From: Dendrobates tinctorius
Taxonomy: Eukaryota
DNA length: 64,000 nucleotides
Assembly: GCF_039654945.1 (NCBI RefSeq)
Contig: NW_027361788.1
Location: forward strand, 21,390,001 to 21,454,000
Reading direction: 5' to 3'
Shown here in pieces: positions 1 to 12,800 of this stretch; positions within the stretch are counted from its first letter, which is position 1, and every line of letters begins with the position of its first letter. Under the pieces are notes generated by a model. It saw nothing but the letters and a program-made list of their open reading frames with translations. It had not been told where the DNA came from and did no database searches. The position numbers were made by a program, and so were the translations under genes.

Positions 1-300
1 CGCATATTCATCTCCTTCCCACGCGGCCCCCAACAATCATAATCATCTCCTTCCCACATCATCTTTGTGCAGCTCCCCAACACGCATAATCATCTCCTTC
101 CCACGCGGCCCCCAACACGCATAATCATCTCCTTCCCACGCGGCCCCCAGCACGCATAATCATCTCCTTCCCACGCGGCCCCCCAGCACGCATAATCATC
201 TCCTTCCCACGCGGCCCCCAACACGCATAATCATCTCCTTCCCACGCAGCCCCCAACACGCATAATCATCTCCTTCCCACGCAGCCCCCCAACATGCATC
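1..300. repeat. Minisatellite, ~35-bp unit (ACGCATAATCATCTCCTTCCCACGCGGCCCCCAAC), runs off the left edge
   Basis: About 8 visible near-identical tandem copies. Confidence 0.9.
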
Positions 301-598
301 ATCCCCTTCCGGTGCAGACCCCTGCATGCAGCATCCCCCCTTTACCCATGCAGCCCCACGCAAATAACATCACCTCCTTCTCGACCCTGCTCCCAATAAG
401 CAGGCCCATACAAGTAGCAGCGGCTCCTTCTCTGTGCAACCCTCCAACACACACCCATGCACTAACATCACCCATGTGCCTTTGCCCCCTGAATACACTC
501 TCAGACAGCTCACACTGAGTCCTGTGTACAGACCCCCAGCCCCTTCCCCTTTTCCCAAAGCCATATTGGGCCCCTCAGTCCTGTACTGGAAGATGAGG

Positions 599-655
599 CC
601 CCGCCCTTCCTGTGACGTCACAACCACAGGCGTCGCTCCCCGAGTGGTCACGTGG
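599..655 (+). promoter_or_regulatory. Putative SLC10A3 proximal promoter: GC box, full CRE palindrome, E-box
   Basis: CCCCGCCC at 599-606; TGTGACGTCACA at 611-622 (TGACGTCA core); GTCACGTG at 647-654; CpG-rich, ~430 bp upstream of the ATG. Confidence 0.55.
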
Positions 656-1082
656 TATCCAGGAAGAAGAGCCGCTGCTCTCTCTGTGGTCGGTGCGCAG
701 TCAGTGACAGTTTGGGCGGAGATCGTGCGGGTCTATGGAGCCTCAGGGATACCGGGAGACGACGAGGAGGGAGAACGGGAGGTCTGCAGCGCTGAGAGTG
801 GTGGAGAGACCCTGCTGAGAACACCGAGGAGGACATTCACTGCCAGCAAGCAGAGGGGGACACTGATAAAGCTGCACGGGAGTGCGCAGAGGAGGCAGTG
901 CTGGCACCAGTGAGGGTGAAGCTGGCACCAGAGGATACATCCAGTTACAGGGCAGCAGTGACCCCATAATATTGCCTGGTGGGCACGGTGCCGCCATGGT
1001 GCCATCGCTGGGGGCACACACCTACCGGAGCCGGTGCTGACTGTGGGCACATACATGGCGTGTGCCAGCAAGGACTGAGACC

Positions 1083-2444
1083 ATGCCGTATTCCCTGCTC
1101 CTGCTGTTGCTTTACGTCTGGTCCATTGCGTCACCGCAGCCGCTGAACGAGTCCGGTGCACCGCCGGACAGTCGCCCTCTTGGCCAACACCTCGCCTCCT
1201 CGCCCGCTCCGCCCTTCTTATCTTCCCCGGCTTATCTACAGATTGGTGACGGGTGTTGCCTCCAGTTTGACTTTCCAGAACACAGCACAGGAGTGATCGT
1301 GATCAGTGTGGGCCCGGCTGCCCTCAGCGCCCAGCTCAGCGTCTACTCCCTGGACCCCACGGTCCTACAGATCCTTAATGTGAGTCGTACTCCCAAGGGA
1401 CTGCCGGATAAGTTCCTGGCACACATCCGCTCGGCGATGCCTGGGACGGCTCCGCTCCAACTAAAGCTGAAGCTTCTCGAATCCATACTAGAAGAACGAG
1501 ACGACTTCTCCATCCGCGTGGTGGCCAATGCCGACTCTCCGGATAATGGAGGATTTTCCGCCAGTCACTTCTCGGAAAGCCCACTGCTGTACGCGCTTCT
1601 GCCCCTCCTCTTCATCAATAAATGTGCCTTTGGATGTAAAGTGGACCTGGAGATACTGAAAAGCCTAATCAAGCGCCCCTACCCAGTCCTGCTCGGCATT
1701 GTAGGCCAATTTGTTCTGATGCCACTTTATGCCTACCTGCTCTCCTTGGTTTTGGGACTTTCTCAGCCCTTGGCGCTAGGACTGGTGGTTACCTGCTCTT
1801 CGCCCGGTGGCGGCGGTGGATACCTATACAGCCTCTTGCTAGGCGGAGACGTTACGTTGGCGATATCAATGACGCTGGTGTCCACGGTGGCGGCTGTGGG
1901 CTTGATGCCAGTCTCCTCCTCCCTGTATGGACTGTTCTTGGGGGTCCACCACACATTGCACATTCCTTTTCTAAAGATCTTTGCCACATTGCTGTTCATT
2001 GCTGTGCCAATTTCAACTGGGATGGTGATAAAGTGGCGCTTTCCGCAAGTGTCCAAGCTTCTCCTCCTAGTGATAAAGCCTTTTAGTGTTGTGCTTATGG
2101 TGGGGGGTCTCTTCATGGCTTATCAGATGGGCTCATCCCTGCTGAGCCAGGTGCCCCCCATACTGATTGTAGCAGGGGTCAGCGTGCCACTGGTAGGTCT
2201 TACCACTGGGTATGTGCTGGCGTACTTGTTGAAGATACCCATTGCCCAGCGTCGGACGGTCAGCATTGAAGTTGGGGTGCAGAACAGTCTTCTAGCCTTG
2301 GCCGTTCTTCAGCTCTCATTCCAACGGGCTGAAGCCGATCTCTCATCTCAGGCACCTTTTTTGGTGGCCCTAAGCGGCACCTCAGAAATGTTACTTCTGG
2401 TCCTGTTACACTTTGCCTACAGAAAGTTTAAAGACAACACCTGA
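1083..2444 (+). CDS. SLC10A3: Solute carrier family 10 member 3 (P3 protein, sodium/bile-acid symporter family), single coding exon, 453 aa
   Basis: ATG in ACCATGC context, N-terminal signal-like LLLLLL; SBF motifs TCSSPGGGGGYLYSLLLGGDVTLAISMT and QRRTVSIEVGVQNSLLALAVLQLS...SQAPFLVALSGTSEML match recalled human SLC10A3; intronless CDS. Confidence 0.93.
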   Translation: MPYSLLLLLLYVWSIASPQPLNESGAPPDSRPLGQHLASSPAPPFLSSPAYLQIGDGCCLQFDFPEHSTGVIVISVGPAALSAQLSVYSLDPTVLQILNVSRTPKGLPDKFLAHIRSAMPGTAPLQLKLKLLESILEERDDFSIRVVANADSPDNGGFSASHFSESPLLYALLPLLFINKCAFGCKVDLEILKSLIKRPYPVLLGIVGQFVLMPLYAYLLSLVLGLSQPLALGLVVTCSSPGGGGGYLYSLLLGGDVTLAISMTLVSTVAAVGLMPVSSSLYGLFLGVHHTLHIPFLKIFATLLFIAVPISTGMVIKWRFPQVSKLLLLVIKPFSVVLMVGGLFMAYQMGSSLLSQVPPILIVAGVSVPLVGLTTGYVLAYLLKIPIAQRRTVSIEVGVQNSLLALAVLQLSFQRAEADLSSQAPFLVALSGTSEMLLLVLLHFAYRKFKDNT

Positions 2445-2859
2445 GGTGCCAAAAAGTCTTGTCAATGGGGTCTCCCAAAAGTTTACATGCTGCAAAGGTT
2501 TCATTATCTATACACCCACCTTCTAGATTGCCTAACATTTTGCCACCGCCCCGGCGCGCAGGGTGCCACAAATCTTCCATTTCAGACATTCCATTTAGTT
2601 AATACGTCTTCATGATATTCCGTGACCTCAGACTGACAGGCTTATACTCCCCAAAAAAAGAAAAAAAAAACTGTGCCTACGGATAGATAATCTTGCTATG
2701 GTTAACCCTTTACTATGTCGCCACTCCTTCACTATCCTCAAAAGCCAAAGCTCTGTGTTCAGTGCGCTTGGGGGGTGGGGAGATGGCTATTTTTTATACA
2801 ATGTTTTGTAATGTAAGCAGGGTACTACCATTTTTTTTCTTTTCTTGGTACTGAAAAAA

Positions 2860-2895
2860 ATTAAAAGTTGAAACCATAATGTGTTGTGTGTGGGT
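2860..2895 (+). terminator. Probable SLC10A3 polyadenylation signal
   Basis: ATTAAA at 2860-2865 followed by a GT-rich downstream element (GTGTTGTGTGTGGGT). Confidence 0.55.
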
Positions 2896-3695
2896 ATAAG
2901 AATGTGATGTGTGTCCAATATCTAGATCAATGGTAGCTAACTTGCTCCTTAAAGGGGCATGTGGAAAGTTCTGGGGGTTCCTAAAGGATGTGCAGCTCTT
3001 CTCTCATCCGCCTGATCTTACTTTGTGCATGGAGAGAGGATGCAGATTTTCCATCTTGATTCCCAAAATCTAGTAGAAAATTTTAACAGTTCTCATCCTT
3101 ACGGTGCAGTGTGTCCCAGAACCTGCGGGAACATTTTTTAACAAATCCACACATGATTTATTGCTAATTTGCAGTATTTGTGCAGAAATATTCCAGCACA
3201 GACTTTATCTTGAATTTTACCCTTAATTTGAGAAACTTTTAAAGGGTCAATAGGATAGGAGGTAAGTTGCTGATCCCTGGGTGTCAGATATTGTGTCTCT
3301 GCAGCCTTGTGTATGGGACTTCTGGAAAAACAGCAGTCCCATCCACAATGAATGAGCGGAGCTGGAGTATGCACACCTCTGCTTCACTCCAATCAAGGCT
3401 GCAGAGCCCAAATTTTGAGGTCCAGAGTCCCGATCTTGGGATTCTTGTAAGTTATTCCCTATCCTATTGAAAGGGGATAATGTGATTTTTGGCAATAACT
3501 TTTAAGAATTTATGTGCTCATCGTAAAGAAACACTCCGGGCAAAGCACATATGCTGTGCTTGGCTTGCTGAGGCAGTGTAGTTTACACAATAATTACAGA
3601 ATATTTGTCATGCTCTGTCCTCTTATAACACTGCACTAGATCTAAGGCTATATCCATTTTGTCCGGAGTTCTCCTTTAAAGGCTAAATCAAGTTA

Positions 3696-4375
3696 AGCCC
3701 CTGTCTCACATAGCGAGATCGCTAGTGCGTCACCAATTTTGTGACGCAACAGCGATCTCGCTCATGTGACACATAGTGGCGATCGGGCCCCTGCTGCGAT
3801 GTCGCTCATCGTGCTCGAATGTCCTGGGCCATTTTTTTTATTGCTGGTGTCCTGCTGGCCAGCATGCATCGCTGTGTTAGGGACAACGACGAACGACCTC
3901 AATGCTACAGGTCTGAGAGACAGGGCCCCGACGACCGTCGTATCGTTGCTGCGTCACTGTTGAGATCTGACTGACATCTCACCAGCGACCTCGTAGCGAC
4001 GCACCAGAGCTCCCAGGTTGCATCGTTGTCGGGATCGCTGGTGCGTTGCTACGAGGTCGCTGGGGAGATGTCAATCAGATCTCAACAGTGACGCAGCAAT
4101 GATACGGAATGATACGACAGTCGTTGGGACCCTGTCTCTCAGACCTGTAGTATTGAGGTCGTTCGTCGTTGTCCCTGTCAAACACAACGATGCATGCTGG
4201 CCAGCGGGACACCAGCATTCAAAAAATGGCCCAGGGCATTCGAGCATGATCAGCGACATCGCAGCAGGGGCCTGATCGCCGCTATGTGTCACACGTAGCG
4301 AGATCGCTGTTGCGTCACAAATTCGGTGATGCAACAGCGATCTCGCTAGCAACCTCGCTATGTGAGACGGGGGCT
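3696..4375. mobile_element. Palindromic PIF/Harbinger-like MITE, 680 bp
   Basis: TIR AGCCCCTGTCTCACATAGCGAG / CTCGCTATGTGAGACGGGGGCT; TTA on both sides; arms ~310 bp mutually complementary. Confidence 0.85.
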
Positions 4376-5517
4376 TTAGTCTGAAGATTCGGTGCCTTTA
4401 TGTGAAGACTTGAGGCCAATAGTGTCTATTGTGACTATAAATGGGGGTCTCGGCTGTCGGGGGGCCCCCCCCTCATCTAAACATCGCCTTTCCTATTTTT
4501 TAACCCATAATACCCCTTTTATTCGTCTTAGGTAGAGTAGATCTTGTGCTTTCAGTACAGGGAGGCAACGCATCACACTGGGATTGTCTGGTATTTCAGG
4601 AATCCCCACGTCATGCGTCCCCTCTGGTGTACGTGTGTTGGATACAACAATGCACACGTTTTGTCTGGAGTGATCCTCTAATGGGCTCTAAGTATTTTTT
4701 TTTTTTTTTTTTTCCCCAGTCCCTCAAACTGTTGATTTTGGGGATCTCTGTTCACCAGATCTAAGCCGTTTCTCCCTCACCGCCCTTTTGTAACCTGACA
4801 ATCACGATGCATCGATTGCTGATACAGATGCTAGATTGGTAATCATTTAGATCTGTCTGCAAGGGGCGATCATTGGTACTGTGCGTGATCGATGCTGTGA
4901 GTGCACACTGCCTTTCTTACACGGGGTAATGTCAAATTATGTTTTTAAGGTCCGGTGCCGCCAGATTATTTTGCAAGAGGGAACGGTCCGCCTCTTATTA
5001 CCGCTGTCTGCTTGTTTGTACAGGTTGAGCCTGAATCGCTCTCATGATTCACTTCCAAGTTACGGAAATCGCCATTATGTCATGAATCTTTGATTAGAGT
5101 TCCAGTCAGAAGCTGTCCGGCCGCATTATGACCACATTATCCGGCTCTTAATGTTATCACGGTCATGAACACTCATTATTGATCTGATCGGCTTCTCCCT
5201 CACTTCCTTAGCTCTTAGGATGATAGTAAATGGATATCCAGTGAACAGTATTGTGCGAATGGGGCCGGGAGAGGGAATTAGAAGAGGGGGGATTAGAAGA
5301 GGCGGCCAGAAGCAACCAGTGGATATGAGGGATTTGGTACAGAGTTCAGTCACACACACGTGTAATGTGCCTTCAGCCATTTTTTATCACCTTTTTTGTG
5401 TCCGCATAAACAGATGTGGTCGTCTGAACGTGCCCTGTTTAAGAGCAATGTGTATTTTCAGCGAAGTACAAGTGCCCAATGGCTGCATGGCTATCTGCTG
5501 CTCTTAAGTCGTGATTG

Positions 5518-6010
5518 GAAGCACCTCTGACCCTGGCCATCTGAACCTAAAGGCTAGGATCGGAGCCACCTCTAACCCTGGCCTGCTGACCCTTTAACGA
5601 CTAGAATCGGAGGCACCTCTAACCCTGGCCCGCTGACCCTTTCTAACCGCTAGGATCTGAGGCACCTCTAACCCTGGCGCTCTGACCCTTTAACGGCTAA
5701 AATCGGAGGCACCTCTAACCCTGGCCCTCGGACCCTTTAACGGCTAGGATCGGAGGCGCCTCTGACCCTGACGGCTATAATAGGAGGCACCTCTAACCCT
5801 GGCCCTTGGCCCCTTTAACGGCTAGGATCGGAGGCACCTCTGACCCCGACTGTCTGACCCTGACGGCTAGAATCGGAGGCACCTCTAACCCTGGCCCTCA
5901 GACCCTTTCTAACGGCTAGGATCTGAGGCACGTCTGACCCTTTCTAACAGCTAGGATCGGAGGCACCTGTGCCCCTTTCCAGCGGATGGGATCGGAGGCA
6001 CCCCTGACTC
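5518..6010. repeat. Degenerate minisatellite, ~40-bp unit (GGCTAGGATCGGAGGCACCTCTAACCCTGGCC...)
   Basis: About 12 tandem copies of GGAGGCACCTCT(A/G)ACCC. Confidence 0.85.
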
Positions 6011-7562
6011 CGGCTGTTTGGTCACAATGGTCAACATGCATAACGACCACTGAGGAATTAACAAGTTATTTGGTGAAATATAAATGGTTAAAAAACAAGA
6101 GGAAAAACTACATTTTTACCACCACTATAGAAAAAAAAAATAAAGTGGTTTATATGAACCCCCCCCCCCCCCAAATACAGATCCTGCATCTAATCGGGTC
6201 CTGGGTGGCAGCCATTCTCCATTTTTGCACCCTGGTCGCCTCTGGCACTTAATAGATCCCGTGATATCATGACGTAGTAGAACTTAGTAAGCAACTAGAA
6301 ATCAATTGGCTCATTTCTAGTGACTGGTTAACTTTTTTTTTTTTCATGTATTAAGAGCTAATGAAACTTTACAGAAAGAGCACCACTCTTTTCCATAGGC
6401 TGTGTCTGGTATTGCATCTCTGCATTATCAGATTGCCTAAAGACAAGTCAATGTGATGTTACAAACCATGCATGGCTTGAACGTGCCCTTTGAACACTGA
6501 TATGTACAGGACGTCATTATATGGTTTTACAGCCACCTACAACCTTCACCAGGTATTTACTGGTGGGAGGAACTAAGCGCACCGAGATCCCGGCTTGGCT
6601 GCCAAGTCATTCACCTTTGTGGCTAGTCACGGGATAATAGGATTTGGCAGCTTTGCCCGTATAGCCTGAAGGGCCGATGCAGGAAGGAGCTATCTGGATA
6701 ATAATAGATTCAGCCATAAGCCCGTCACAACTGTCATGGGTGCGTAACAAGGTAACCCTGTCACCACAGCCGCCTTCCTCTATATGTACAACCCATGATC
6801 CAAAAATCCTTATACTCCGGAATCCCCCAAACATGGCATCTTTTCAATGTAGTTTTTTTAGAATGGAAATGCAGTTAAAAAAATAAAAGTTGTCAATTTT
6901 GATCATATGGTCATTTTGCAAATTCTGCATGAGTGATCTCTTCCGATGGCCGACAACAGATTGATTGCTGACAAAGAACATGTGGATCTGTCCCTCGTCA
7001 TCCATGAATGTCTGTGAGCAGCGCCCCCAATGGTTTTGATAGAACTGAAGGGGCGGCTGTCAGGTTTATGGGGAATCTGTCAACAGGGTTTTGATGCATC
7101 ATATAGACAGGGCAAAGATCCTTATTCCAGCAATGTGTTGCTCACTGGGATTCTTTGTGCAGTTCTGACAAAACTGCTGTTTTATCTGCTGCAGCTCTGC
7201 TAGTCTTCTGATGAGTAATGGCTCTTTCCACCCTCCATCACTGATTGGCAGCTTTCTTACTATGCATAAGTTTATACAGAGCTTATCACTGAGGGGACTA
7301 GCAGAGCTGCAGAAGATAGTGTTTGCAAAACTACAGCAAGAATCTCAGTAAGTGACTGCAGGAATCAGGGTCTCTGCTGCTATTTTTTTGCTGCCCTGAG
7401 GAGCATAAACTTGGTGGCAGATTCCCTTAAATGGACTCTCACCCAAGTGCAGATGATGGGAGCCAAGAGGGAAAAGTGCTGTGGCCCCTACTGTCTAGTG
7501 ATCATTAGGGTAGTGTCTCGATCGACAATTTCCGATTAAGACGTTATAACTAGAGTTACACT

Positions 7563-8162
7563 TAGAATCAAAGAATCGTAGAGTTGGAATGGACCTCCTG
7601 GGCCATCTGGTCCAACCCCCTGCTTTAAGCAGGATTCGCTAAATCATCCCAGTCAGATGTTTGTCCAGCCTCTGTTTGAAGACTTCCATTGAAGGAGAAC
7701 TCACCACTTCTCGTGGCAGCCTGTTCCACTCATTGATCACTCTAACTGTCAAAAAGTTTTTTCTAATATCTAATCTGTGTCTCCTCCCATTCAGTTTCAT
7801 CCCATTGCTTCTAGTCTTTCCTTGTGCAAATGTGAATAAAGTTGATCCTTCTACAATGTGACAGCCCTTTAGATATTTGTAGACAGCTATTAAGTCTCCT
7901 CTCAGTCTTCTCTTTTGCAAACTAAACATTCCCAAATCCTGCAACCTTTCCTCATAAGACAGGGTTTGCAGACCGGTCACCATTCTGGTCGCTCTTTTCT
8001 GAACTTGCTCCAGTTTGTTGATGTCTTTTTTAAAATGTGGTGCCCAAAACTGGACACAATATTCCAGATGAGGTCTGACCAAAGAGGAGTAGAGGGAAAT
8101 AATGACTTCACGTGATCTAGACTGTATGCTTCTGTTAATACATCCTAGAATTGCATTTGCCT
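7563..8162 (-). mobile_element. 5'-truncated CR1 LINE (ORF2 C-terminus plus 3' tail)
   Basis: ORF 7639-8082 RPHLEYCVQFW...LEQVQKRATRM...RRLRGDLIAVYKYL...WNRLP is the CR1 RT C-terminus; GATTCT-type tail at 7563-7580. Confidence 0.92.
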
Positions 8163-9554
8163 ATACACTTATAAGGGTTTTCCCCAAAATAGCGCTCCTG
8201 AGAACTGGGCTCTACAGAGTCGGCCTCCCTCAATTCATTCACCATGATTCTGCCGGAAAAAGCAGAGTTCTGCTATTCCTGGTAGTCCCATTGTCAATGG
8301 AAGTAGGGGAGGCCGAGCATGCACACCACCACCTTATTCTAAAAAGTTCCTGTTCTCAAGATCACTGGGGGTTCCAGTGGTCGAACCCTCAGCAATCGTC
8401 CAGTTATTCCCTATCCTAAGGATAGGGGATAACTTGAAAGTTTTGCTAAAGACCCCTTTGACTACTCAAGAACCGGCCATAGACTTTGATGTTGCAGCTT
8501 TTTTCTGCTCATTAAGTAAAATGGGTTACTTGAATTTATTATATACACAGCGTAAAAAAAAATCACCAAAAACTCATAGTGGAAACGTAGCCCAAACATC
8601 CGGGCGGTCTGGGTTGTACTCTGCAGTGACGTTCTAAAATGCCACTGTAGTAGAGCAAGTGCAAGACATCCTGCAACTGAAGGAGTGGAAAGCTGGCTGT
8701 CAGACACAGCCGGACTCTTCATAGAGAAGGCAGAGATGGTTTATTACTGCTGTCCATACAGTAATAGGAAGCGCTAAAGGTGCTTCCTTCTGATCTAGCG
8801 AGTGAGGTAGTAGAAGCTGCTTGCTATGCAGCAAAGAGGTTGAAAAGATGTTTGGGGTGACAATTTATCATTTAACTACTTTTTATTTATCTAACTTCCT
8901 CTGTAACTGGTATACTAGCCCCAGTTACAGGGGAAATTAGATTTTTTTTTTTTTTTTTTTTAAAAGTATGTAAATATTCCCCCAAAGGTCTTTATGGGGG
9001 GCACTATGTTTATATGAATGGAAAATAAGTAAAAAGCAAGAAGAAATAAGCTGAGGCCAATGCGAATCACTGATACTAGCCCCCCTTTAGAAAACAAACA
9101 TGTCTGATATATAATATTATGGAAAGGGGGAACTAAATTTCAAATATATTTCTGTGGTCCTTTTGTGGGCATAAAAAACCACACACATTTCTATTATCTA
9201 AATTTAGTGCCGATAGGCAATAACTTCTAGATCGGTGAGGGTCTCAACTGTGAGTGCCTGGACGGGGGGCTATAGCAGGTTGCTTTCTACAGGCCAAGGT
9301 AGCGCAGATCTTTTCACGCAACTCTATTATGCAGGGGATATGGAGTTCTGTAACGAAAAACACAGAGGTCTGCTCACTAAAGACACCCGAAGTCTATAGC
9401 ACAGAAACAGCGCCCCTCTATGGGTTGTCAGGTATTGCAGCTCCGCTCCATTCTTTTGAAGAAAGATCTGACTTGTTCCAGCTTTCACATCATCCTCTCT
9501 TGTCTATTGACTGTCACCATTTATTCCAAATCTACAGACACAATTACAGTTACA

Positions 9555-9560
9555 TTTATT
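9555..9560 (-). terminator. Probable PLP2 polyadenylation signal AATAAA
   Basis: TTTATT on + strand ~300 bp past the PLP2 stop codon. Confidence 0.6.
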
Positions 9561-9852
9561 AATGTATTAAAAAAAAGCTTATTCTTACATGTAAAACAAC
9601 AACCCCCATAAAGCGGACACATCGTAACTAACAAACGTGTTCTGCCATCACCCACTGGTGTAATGCAGACGTGTGTATAAACGTATATGTACACAGCGTG
9701 TGCCCAGAGGTGGTGCCCCCTGCAGGGCTATATTCCCAATGCCACCAGAGTCCTTGGCACCAACGACATCTTCACTGGGTGGTCCATGCCATGGGGGTGA
9801 CTCGTGGCCTGCGTCGGACACTATCCTGTCTCTCACTGGTACAAAGCGAATG

Positions 9853-9872
9853 TTAGATGTTGTCAGGAGACT
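9853..9872 (-). CDS. PLP2: PLP2 exon 5 (coding part)
   Basis: Strong acceptor TTCTTTTCTTTTCCCAG, phase-compatible ESPDNI-TAA. Confidence 0.8.
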
Positions 9873-12800
9873 CTGGGAAAAGAAAAGAATGGGGTTATCA
9901 GATAAGGAGATGCCACACAATTATAGGTGCTCACTGACCCTGCAGTCACGCTGTGGGGGATGTGAGGCTTTATCAGGGGTCCACTGGAATAACAGACAAC
10001 ACCAACCGGGGGAACTTGGCCTTCTGGGCAGTCACCTGTATTGCCACCTAGTAATGTATTAGAAATCCCTCATTTCATCGACCAGCTCAAGATCCAGCCA
10101 TTTTCCCCCCTTTCATGACCAGGCACATTATTATTTTTTCCTGTAAGTGCAATTTTAAGGACTCTAAGAAATGTTCTTGTTTATTCATCAAATTGTTTTG
10201 GCCTCTTTTACTCCTGAGACGTGGAGTCTAATTATTCTGTAATTAAAAAATGTTCGGAAAAAGAAACCATTTTTTATTATTATTTAAGACCAGAAATCTA
10301 TCAGACAAATGTGTGTTTTTATTTCATCCAGAATCGAAACGGGTTCAGTCCGGCGGTTACTGTCTTTATTTCTCTTCCCCTCTCTCTCCCTCTATCTTTA
10401 CCTCTTTCTTTCTCTCCTTCTATCTTTACCTCTCATTCACTTTTTCTCTTCCTTTCTTTATCTCTTTTCCCTCTTTTTCCTTCTCTTCATCTCTCTTTCA
10501 ATCTCATTTTCAGTCATTATTTTTCCTTATTTCTCAGATTGTCCTCCCACTTTCACTCTGTCTTATCTCTCTCTTCCTCTCTTTCATTCTTTTTCTTTAT
10601 ATCTCTCTTCCTTTCCTTATCTCTTTCTGTCTTTCTTCCTCTCTTTATCCCTCTCTCTCTCAGGAGGTGACCAAGGTTTTCTTACGTAACGCGCGTCGGG
10701 GTATGTGCTGCAGTTGGACCAGGGACTGCTTACTAGGTAACATCTGCATATGGCTTTCCAAAAATTGATTACCAGGCTCTATGCAACTCTGCCTGCTGAC
10801 ACTTGATTGGCACAATATGTTTTCTATCCTGACTGATGCTAATTGTTTGAGTTGAGGGTCTTTTCTGGGGCACTTTGGTTTCTTGCTGAAGTCACCACAA
10901 TGCCTTCACTTCTGTGACATACACTTGATGCAGGTTACAATTATGACATGCATGATAATATATCATGATATTATAGACATAAGCATGTCATCTAGGATAT
11001 GTATTTCATTAACCCCTTATATGACTCCAGTCAGTATATGTTAACATTAGCTATCTTTAGGTTTGTGAATTAATATATGATAAACTAGTACAGAGGACCG
11101 GCATTAGGGCAGGGCAGACTAGGCAGCTGTCTAGGGCCCCCAGAGTCTACAGCAGAATCTTTACTGATAATGCTATTATCAGTGAAGCTTCCATGTAAAG
11201 ACTGGTTGAGGACCAGAAGGACAAGAGAAGCGGCCACTGAACCTCCCCCCATCAGAGTGATAGAAGAGCTCATAGGCCAGTGCTCCTGTTCTGCAAGGCG
11301 CCTCTGAAGGGAAGGGAGAGCTAGAGAAGGCCGACTCCTACCAACCTGATTTGTTCTCGGCAGCAAATCACCAGTGTAAACTGCAGATATGTTGCTGATC
11401 AGGGCTGTGGAGTCGGTAAGCCAAACCTGCGACTCTAAGGGGGGGTTTTACACATAGCGATATCGCTATAACGTCACCGCAGCATGTGCACACGTATGCA
11501 GAAAATTTCTGCATGAAAACTGGACTCCTTCCCAGAAACCGTGCATTTTTTTCCAGCGCGTTTTTTGCGCAAAAAACGCAAGTTTTTTATGCGCGTCCCC
11601 AGTGTCATAGAAAATAGCTAGAAATGCGGATTTTTCCACAAAATTAATGAGCATGCTGCGTTTTTTAACGCGATGCATTTTTTTTGCGGAAAAAAAAAAC
11701 GCATCAATATGCACAAAAAGTCGAATTCATTAAAATGAATGGGATGCTTCTTGTAAGCGTTTTTAAGCGGTTTTGCCAGTAAAAATGTGAAAAACACGCT
11801 TAGGCTGTGTGCACACGTAACTCCTCAACTTCCTCATACATGCCTCATTACTGAGCATGTACATAAAGTGCAGCACATATTCATCTCATCTAAAAGCCCA
11901 GATCAGGAACAAAACAGACATTTCTACAACATTTCACAACTTTCCCAAATTCTTATGAAAACATTTACAGCACATCCTGACCGCAATATATTATATACTG
12001 TATTTAAGGAGCCGGAGTCTGTCCATTTCATACCGACTCCACCAAAATAGACATACTCCAACTCGACAGCCCTGCTGCTGCTAACATGATACTGTATGGG
12101 GACAGATTGATCTATTAGTGATAGTTCTGTCCCAATCATTCTTTCTCAGCCGTTGTAAAGGTACTGTCACACTTAGCGATGTGCCAGCGATATGACGCGG
12201 TCAGGATCGCTGGTACATCGCTAGGTGGTCGCTAGTGAGCTGACACACAGGCAGATCTCACTAGCGACATCGCTGGGGATGGGGATCGCTACTTACCTGT
12301 CAGACGAGGCGATCCTGCGTCCTCCCGCCCGGCTCCACGCGTCGCTCGTCCTCACAGCAGGAAGCGCCGCAGGAAGCTGACGACGAGAAACAGTCCTGAA
12401 CGTTCTCGCGCGATCAGCGATAACCAGCGGGGGAGTCGGTCGGAGGTAAGTATCAGACACAGCGATATCGCTAGTAATATCGCTATAACGTCACTAGTTA
12501 TAGCGATATTGCTAGCGATATCTCTTAGTGTGACAGGCCCTTAAGAGGCCGGGAAACACGTGTGGAACGACTTGAATACTGTCATTCACGCTCATTGAAT
12601 GGCCTGAACTCTCGCATGTAAATACAACCGAAATGTTTGAGTGTCATGGTGCAATATGTGAGCATTTAGGGTAATCTTTTATTGTTTATAGACTGTATTA
12701 TTATTCTTTCATATACAATTGACCACACACTGTTAGATGTAGCACCATTCATTGGCACTCACTGTTTAATATTGGTGTTTTTCTGTCGAATGTACCACAT

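Noticed and set aside
434-1161. Overlapping ORFs upstream of SLC10A3
   Set aside because: GC-rich promoter/5' UTR sequence, mostly non-ATG starts, no recognisable domains
7208-7230. CTGATGAG hammerhead-like start
   Set aside because: No GAAA follows the short stem; lies in a decayed TTAA-type MITE
10221-10768. Hydrophobic S/L/F-rich ORFs resembling membrane proteins
   Set aside because: Products of a CT-rich low-complexity tract
12376-12400. Hammerhead-like core CTGACGA-CGA-GAAAC-A-GTC in MITE family A
   Set aside because: No stem II pair, stem I only ~2 bp, and copy 3 reads CAGATGA...GAATCGGTC, so the core is not conserved
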